From sequence record KY703222: a stretch of 64,000 nt of DNA. One strand, 5' to 3'. Origin of the DNA: Escherichia phage phiC120. Position numbers and translations under genes: made by a program. Below the pieces are notes generated by a model. That model had not been told where the DNA came from. It worked only from the letters and a program-made list of their open reading frames with translations, and did no database searches. Positions 58,822 to 64,000 of this stretch are shown in pieces; position 1 is the stretch's first letter; each line of letters begins with the position of its first letter.

Positions 58822-59022
58822 TCACAAGTTACGTTTAAAAATTTCCGCTACTTCAAGAAGTTCTTCTTTAGTAGCTGTATCGGTTTGTATTTTATATCGA
58901 ATTTCTTTAAAGCGTTCTTTAAAGAACTCTGCTGACTCGATATCAAAAAATCTTTGGATAAGCCGGAATTCCCGGAGCACCGCTTTATCAAAAAGTTCCA
59001 AGTTCACGTTATATGTTCTCAT
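58822..59022 (-). CDS. hypothetical small protein, rIIA.1 position
   Basis: 66-aa ORF immediately upstream of rIIA. Confidence 0.5.
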   Translation of the reverse strand: MRTYNVNLELFDKAVLREFRLIQRFFDIESAEFFKERFKEIRYKIQTDTATKEELLEVAEIFKRNL

Positions 59023-59114
59023 AATATTCTCTTCAGTAGATTCCTAGGGCACTATTACTAAAGACCATATAATCTATCATCTTATGTGTAATAGTGCCTC
59101 AGGCGATTCAGGAT

Positions 59115-60215
59115 TTACGCTGTGAAGATTTTATCCCACATCGCAACAACTGCATCTCGGTTATACTTCTTCCATACTGCTTCAGCACGTTTAACTCGAG
59201 CTTCGTACGTGTCAGTGAATTCTAATACAGCTTTTGTGTAAAGCGCAACTACTTCTTTCTTAGGAGTAGAGGAATCAATTTCTACACGCACAGTATCTGG
59301 GTCATATTCGAATGTCGCATGCGGATAATCCTTAAAAACTAACTGAATTACAGGGACACCTTTAGAAATGGCTTCAATAGAACTATTCTCTACCGTACCT
59401 GTGTCAGGACACGTATTAATAAGTGCTTTAGCTGTTTTAAGACGTTCCATAATTTCACTGTGTGGAGCATCAATAATAACAGGATACTTAGCCGGTGGTG
59501 CCCATTTGCTTGGACAATAACCAATACCATTTTCGCCTAGTGCTTTAATCGCTTCAAGAGCAACATCAGTACGACGCATTTTAGTGTCATAACGTTGTGC
59601 ACTAATAATCAGATCAGTCGCCGGAAGAACTTCAGGTTTCTCATTCAAACAAATAACCGGATAATCTTCGGCTTCAAACAACGGATTTGCTCGCCAATAA
59701 TCATAATCAATTTTGTCAGTCAGACCTGAAGTCATATAACAATATTTGCGTTCAAATTCACGGAAGGCTTTAGTAGGAGCATAACTCTTACCACCGTTCT
59801 TATGAATTTGAATAGTCTGGTCCCAAATTTGAACAATGCCACGAGATACCGGTTCAAATGGTGTTGCCATAAAATTCTTATGAACTTTAGAGAGGCCCGC
59901 GTCTTTAATTGCCTGAACAGTTAGTTTGGTCGGTTCCATTGTAACAACGAAATCGTACTCATTAATGCCGGCTAGTTCAACAATCTTACGAGCCATAGTA
60001 TAACTCATACCTAGACTGAATTTAGTCAGATGACCAACAGGATGATGATTAACCTTCCAATCACCAAATGTGTCATTATCAAAACCGATATAATCAATAT
60101 CGGCACCGATAGAAACTAAATATTTCAACACATTTAAATGTACTGCTTCAAGACCACCTTGTACACGTTCAGGATTAAATGGGACTGCACGAGATGGGAT
60201 AAACATAACTTTCAT
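59115..60215 (-). CDS. GT-B fold (GT4-like) glycosyltransferase; candidate DNA sugar-modification enzyme
   Basis: 366 aa; N-terminal PFNPERVQGGLEAVHLNVLKYLVSIGADIDYIGF resembles the GT4 donor-binding motif; C-terminal DTGTVENSSIEAISKGVPVIQ resembles the GT4 E-x7-E region. Confidence 0.6.
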   Translation of the reverse strand: MKVMFIPSRAVPFNPERVQGGLEAVHLNVLKYLVSIGADIDYIGFDNDTFGDWKVNHHPVGHLTKFSLGMSYTMARKIVELAGINEYDFVVTMEPTKLTVQAIKDAGLSKVHKNFMATPFEPVSRGIVQIWDQTIQIHKNGGKSYAPTKAFREFERKYCYMTSGLTDKIDYDYWRANPLFEAEDYPVICLNEKPEVLPATDLIISAQRYDTKMRRTDVALEAIKALGENGIGYCPSKWAPPAKYPVIIDAPHSEIMERLKTAKALINTCPDTGTVENSSIEAISKGVPVIQLVFKDYPHATFEYDPDTVRVEIDSSTPKKEVVALYTKAVLEFTDTYEARVKRAEAVWKKYNRDAVVAMWDKIFTA

Positions 60216-60243
60216 AATTAAGCCTTATTAAAATTAAAATGAA

Positions 60244-60260
60244 GCTCCCGAAGGAGCTTA
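60244..60260 (-). terminator. hairpin AGCTCCCGAAGGAGCT between the HNH and GT genes
   Basis: Perfect inverted repeat with CGAA loop. Confidence 0.4.
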
Positions 60261-61055
60261 GGACATCCAACACATTTTATAACCTTTGCAGGTTCTGTTA
60301 GGATTATTTAATGCTTTCAATATATTAGAAGACCCTATACCTAAATACTCCCTTAATTCATAAAGATAGTTAAAATCAATAGTTTCACCTGTTTTTACAC
60401 TTGTGATTCTTATAGGCCTTCTTTCATATTTAGATTTATACAACTCTCTAGTCTTAGCTTTAGTTTCTTCTGACCTAGGAGTGTATGGTTTAAATCCTTT
60501 TGTTTTAAATGTTTCCATTCTTGATTTAGTTATTTTATCCTGATGTTCTTTTGTTTTTACAGGTGCTTTTCGCCCATTCTCCCAAGATAACTTGTTGGCC
60601 TGTATTATTTTATCTATTGCTTCTTGCGTATGAGTTTTACCATAAAATGGATTTAATTCGCCTATACGTTGTGAAGCAATATGTGACATTAATTCTCTTG
60701 TTGCTTTAGTATGTTTTTTACCTTTAAATGGGTTGCCATTTTTAGCAATCCATTCTTTCATAAATCTAGAGTGCTCTTTAGAGAATTCTTGTTTAAGCCA
60801 ATCATAATCTCTAGAATTTCTAGCTCCTATGTAAAAAGCTCTAATAGCCATAAGCATAGAACGGTTCTTATGAATTTTATAAAGCAATAAATGGGCGATA
60901 AAATGCTCTCTAGGGGTCATTTTAACTAGATTTGATTTAGCATTACTCCCGCCCATAGATTTAGGCAAAATATGGTGAGTTTCAGTATAATTAGGAATAG
61001 TGCTGCGGTTTTTAGCCGCAGCGATAAGTTTATCATAAATTTTACGATAATTCAT
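60258..61055 (-). mobile_element. free-standing HNH homing endonuclease with NUMOD-like DNA-binding repeats (Mob-like)
   Basis: ORF 60258..61070 in track; likely start MNYRKIY at 61055 gives a TAATG overlap with the gene 39 stop; HNH motif ETHHILPKSMGGSNAKSNLVKMTPREHFIAHLL; repeated NPFKGKKHT / NPFYGKTHT units. Confidence 0.75.
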
Positions 61056-62875
61056 TATCCTAGCATCCAATCTTTACGGAGTTCAGGGTCGTTACCCATG
61101 AGCATTTCAAATAGTTCTTTCCAATTTTCAGGAAGTTTAACTACGTCGTACACAGGGTTTTGAATCATTTCTTTATATTCATCTCGCTGAAGTGAGCCCA
61201 ATCCCTTGATGTATCGAATACTATGCTTAGGAAGCGTATCTTTAGCTTCTTCATACTCAGCTACAGTATAAAACCATTTTTGAGATTTGCCAATTTGTGC
61301 AATAATTACAGGTGTTTTAACAAAGCGAATACGTCCTTGTTCAAACAATTCAGGCCAATTACTAAAGAAAGCAAGCAAAGCCGGATAGATACTTCCAAGA
61401 CCGTCATGATCGGCATCGGTCATAATTGCAATATTACGATAGTTCGTATTCTCTGCCTTTTCACCAAGAATAAGACCTGTGATAGCACAGATATCGAATA
61501 ACTCTTTGTTCTTCATCATATCAGCATATGACATACCCCAGCTATTCATCACCTTACCACGTAATGGGAATCCGCCGTGTAGTTCACGGTCACGAACATC
61601 AATGAGATATCCAATTGCCGAATCACCTTCTGTTAAGAACAATGTCGTATCTGCATCTTTACCGCATTGGTTAGCTTTAATATGCTTATGAACCTTAGCT
61701 TTAGTTGCCTTTTTAGCTGCTTTAGTTTCTGCAGCCTTTTCTGCTGCCAATTTACGAGCTAATGCTGCTTCAACAATAGGCATAATCAAGGATTCGTTTT
61801 TAAGAAGTGCCTGAGCAATTTTCTTAGCATCTAATTGGATATGATTACGAATATCACCATACGTTGACGTTAAACGTTCTTTAGTCTGAGAATCAAAACG
61901 CATGTTGCTCATGTCTCTAATAAACATCAACATTGTGAGGCATTCTTTAACACGAGCTTTAGTGACTTCAATACCCTTATATTTCTTTTTAATACCCGGC
62001 AAAAGATGTTCGCAGATATCATCCATTACACATTCAACATGATGACCACCATTTTTAGTATGGATGTTATTCACATAAGTTAAATGACGGAAGCCATCTG
62101 GTGATGTTGTGAATGCTATAGAGACTTTATCATTTTCTTGAATGATGTTATCTTCACCAAATTGTTTAGCAAATCGTTTAAAATTACCATCAACCTTTTT
62201 ACCATTAAATGTGAACTTGATATCAGGATAAACGACTGCCAATGTTTGAAGTCGGTCTAAAGTAATATCTAAATAAATTTGAGATAAATTATGCTCTTCA
62301 AATGAAGTGAAATCAGGAGTGAAGATTACTTTAGTGCCTTTACCTTTAGATTTCTTAGAAGACCATGATTTGTTTTCCATTCCGTTTGAACAGTTAACAG
62401 TGATTTCATTTTCGCCATCTGACGTGATGCCTGTAAACAACGTAGAGAAGATATTAGTTAAACTACTCCCGACGCCGTTCATACCACCAGTCTTGCGTTC
62501 AGAATCATCACCAAAGTTACCACCGGCCTTTGGAATAGTCCAGGCTGCTACAGGACCAGGAATTTGTTCACCTGTTTGGTCGGTAACTAAACCTTGAGGA
62601 ATACCACGTCCGTTATCTTCCACCGAAACTTGATTATTTTTAATTTGCACATCAATTTTATTTGCAAACTTAAATGATGTACGAATAGCTTCATCAACCG
62701 AGTTGTCAATAATCTCATCGATTAATTTAACCAGACCAGGAACATATTCAACTTGTTGATATTTACCAAACAAAAAACGCTCGTGGGCTTCTTTAGCAGA
62801 AGAACCAATATACATGCCACTACGTTTCTTAATATGTTCTACATCTGACAGTACCTTAATTTCATTTTTAATCAT
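61055..62875 (-). CDS. 39: DNA topoisomerase II large subunit (GyrB-like ATPase + Toprim), single fused 39/60-type ORF
   Basis: 606 aa continuous; GHKL ATPase N-terminus and Toprim EGDSA motif in one frame; no internal untranslated gap. Confidence 0.9.
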   Translation of the reverse strand: MIKNEIKVLSDVEHIKKRSGMYIGSSAKEAHERFLFGKYQQVEYVPGLVKLIDEIIDNSVDEAIRTSFKFANKIDVQIKNNQVSVEDNGRGIPQGLVTDQTGEQIPGPVAAWTIPKAGGNFGDDSERKTGGMNGVGSSLTNIFSTLFTGITSDGENEITVNCSNGMENKSWSSKKSKGKGTKVIFTPDFTSFEEHNLSQIYLDITLDRLQTLAVVYPDIKFTFNGKKVDGNFKRFAKQFGEDNIIQENDKVSIAFTTSPDGFRHLTYVNNIHTKNGGHHVECVMDDICEHLLPGIKKKYKGIEVTKARVKECLTMLMFIRDMSNMRFDSQTKERLTSTYGDIRNHIQLDAKKIAQALLKNESLIMPIVEAALARKLAAEKAAETKAAKKATKAKVHKHIKANQCGKDADTTLFLTEGDSAIGYLIDVRDRELHGGFPLRGKVMNSWGMSYADMMKNKELFDICAITGLILGEKAENTNYRNIAIMTDADHDGLGSIYPALLAFFSNWPELFEQGRIRFVKTPVIIAQIGKSQKWFYTVAEYEEAKDTLPKHSIRYIKGLGSLQRDEYKEMIQNPVYDVVKLPENWKELFEMLMGNDPELRKDWMLG

Positions 62876-62924
62876 GTTGTCTCCTCGTTATGAAGGTATT
62901 CTATCATCCTAAATCTAAAGCAAA

Positions 62925-62940
62925 AAGGGCCGAAGCCCTT
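62925..62940 (-). terminator. hairpin AAGGGCCGAAGCCCTT with T-run on minus strand
   Basis: Perfect stem-loop overlapping the stop of ORF 62939..63364. Confidence 0.5.
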
Positions 62941-63364
62941 ATTTAAATTTAATTTTCTGAAGTGCATCAATTGCAGCCAGGCGCCCTTGTTCACTTTTAA
63001 CTGTAATGACCACATCGCCTGATACGATCACCGAACCATCAACAAATTCTATAGAGCCTTTTTTGAAATCAACAGATGTATCTGGTTCCGGAACTTCTTC
63101 AAAGAATTTAAATTCTGCACCATAAAGCAGAATATCACCTTGCATACTATGAATAGTTCGGCCATAATCGCCTACGGCTTCTACAGCAATAACCGAAACA
63201 CCGTAACCAATCATCTCTTCCACAATAAAATCTTTGGACAATAAAGTAGTATGCAGATTAGTATTAAGACGTTTACCAGTCGTATTAAGAATTCTCAAGA
63301 AATTATCTTCCTGTCCTTTGATAATACGATATTTCTTACCAACTTCAAAACCTTTAAAAGCCAT
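62939..63364 (-). CDS. hypothetical protein (141 aa)
   Basis: ORF upstream of gene 39. Confidence 0.4.
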   Translation of the reverse strand: MAFKGFEVGKKYRIIKGQEDNFLRILNTTGKRLNTNLHTTLLSKDFIVEEMIGYGVSVIAVEAVGDYGRTIHSMQGDILLYGAEFKFFEEVPEPDTSVDFKKGSIEFVDGSVIVSGDVVITVKSEQGRLAAIDALQKIKFK

Positions 63365-63366
63365 AA

Positions 63367-63546
63367 TTAACCCTTCTTAAGTAAGTCGTAAAAACCACCG
63401 TTCACATGTTTAGGAGCAGAAACCCGACGAGTAGACAGACGATGACATTCAGGGCAAACATCGTTTTCTCGTTCAGAAATCCTTTTAATTTTTTCATATT
63501 CATGGCCACAATCTTCAGATTGACATTTATAGTCGTATAACGGCAT
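63367..63546 (-). CDS. small zinc-ribbon protein (59 aa)
   Basis: Hand-translated [59 protein letters not shown]; two Cys pairs; TAATG overlap with upstream ORF. Confidence 0.45.
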   Translation of the reverse strand: MPLYDYKCQSEDCGHEYEKIKRISERENDVCPECHRLSTRRVSAPKHVNGGFYDLLKKG

Positions 63547-63977
63547 TATTGTTCCTTAAAATGTGCTTTCAACATTTGATACAAAGACCATGCCTGGTCA
63601 TTATTTTCGATAGTAATCGTCATCACAGGAAATTCAGACAATTCGTCAAGTTCACCAGAATCTTGCTCTTCGGACGCTTGATACGGATTTCCAACTTCAT
63701 CAAAAAACTCTGCTTCACTAGTAGAGAGCCAGATAAAGTTTTCATCAAGAATATCACCACCAGTTGCGTATCCAACCATGCCAGTAGATGTCACAATTTT
63801 AGTAGGTCGTCCAAGATGGTCAACATCTAATACTTTAAATGGTTCCATGCCAAGACGTCGTGCATAAATCCCATTATCAGTGTGGTTTTTAATAAACTCT
63901 TCTTGGGCACGTTTATCTTTAAATTGGTACCATGAGTTAACGCGGAATTTATTAGCCATTAGTAAGTTTCCTTCCAA
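63546..63977 (-). CDS. hypothetical protein (143 aa; start may be at Met 7)
   Basis: ORF at the window edge; acidic C-terminal half. Confidence 0.4.
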   Translation of the reverse strand: MEGNLLMANKFRVNSWYQFKDKRAQEEFIKNHTDNGIYARRLGMEPFKVLDVDHLGRPTKIVTSTGMVGYATGGDILDENFIWLSTSEAEFFDEVGNPYQASEEQDSGELDELSEFPVMTITIENNDQAWSLYQMLKAHFKEQ

Positions 63978-64000
63978 TAAGTTGTACCATTTTCAGTGAT

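Overview
This window reads as a contiguous 64-kb segment of a T4-like (T-even type) myovirus genome, not T4 itself; all identifications are from motifs, lengths, gene order and remembered T4 protein sequences, with no database search. Gene order runs hoc-inh-uvsW-uvsY, baseplate genes 25/26/51/27/28/29/48/54, then a long minus-strand early region (alt, DNA ligase 30, 30.x ORFs, rIII, 31, cd, pseT, spanins, alc, rnlA, denA, nrdB, nrdA, td, frd, 32, 59, 33, dsbA, rnh), the plus-strand long-tail-fibre block 34-35-36-37-38 with holin t, and a second minus-strand block (asiA, motA, 52, ndd, rIIB, rIIA, fused topoisomerase 39). No tRNA, rRNA or CRISPR array was found. The points most worth a second look are: (1) the tail-length gene 29 is split by a frameshift at a run of nine A; (2) a class-I DAHP synthase sits between cd and pseT; (3) a GT4-like glycosyltransferase and a free-standing HNH endonuclease lie between rIIA.1 and gene 39, a candidate DNA sugar-modification locus; (4) a 370-nt ORF-free, GC-richer region lies between the 30.x genes and rIII; (5) a NADAR/YbiA-like protein in the 30.x cluster; (6) td and nrdB are intron-less and topoisomerase gene 39 is a single fused ORF. 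Small accessory ORF clusters (cd-pseT, asiA-motA, ndd-rIIB) remain unassigned.
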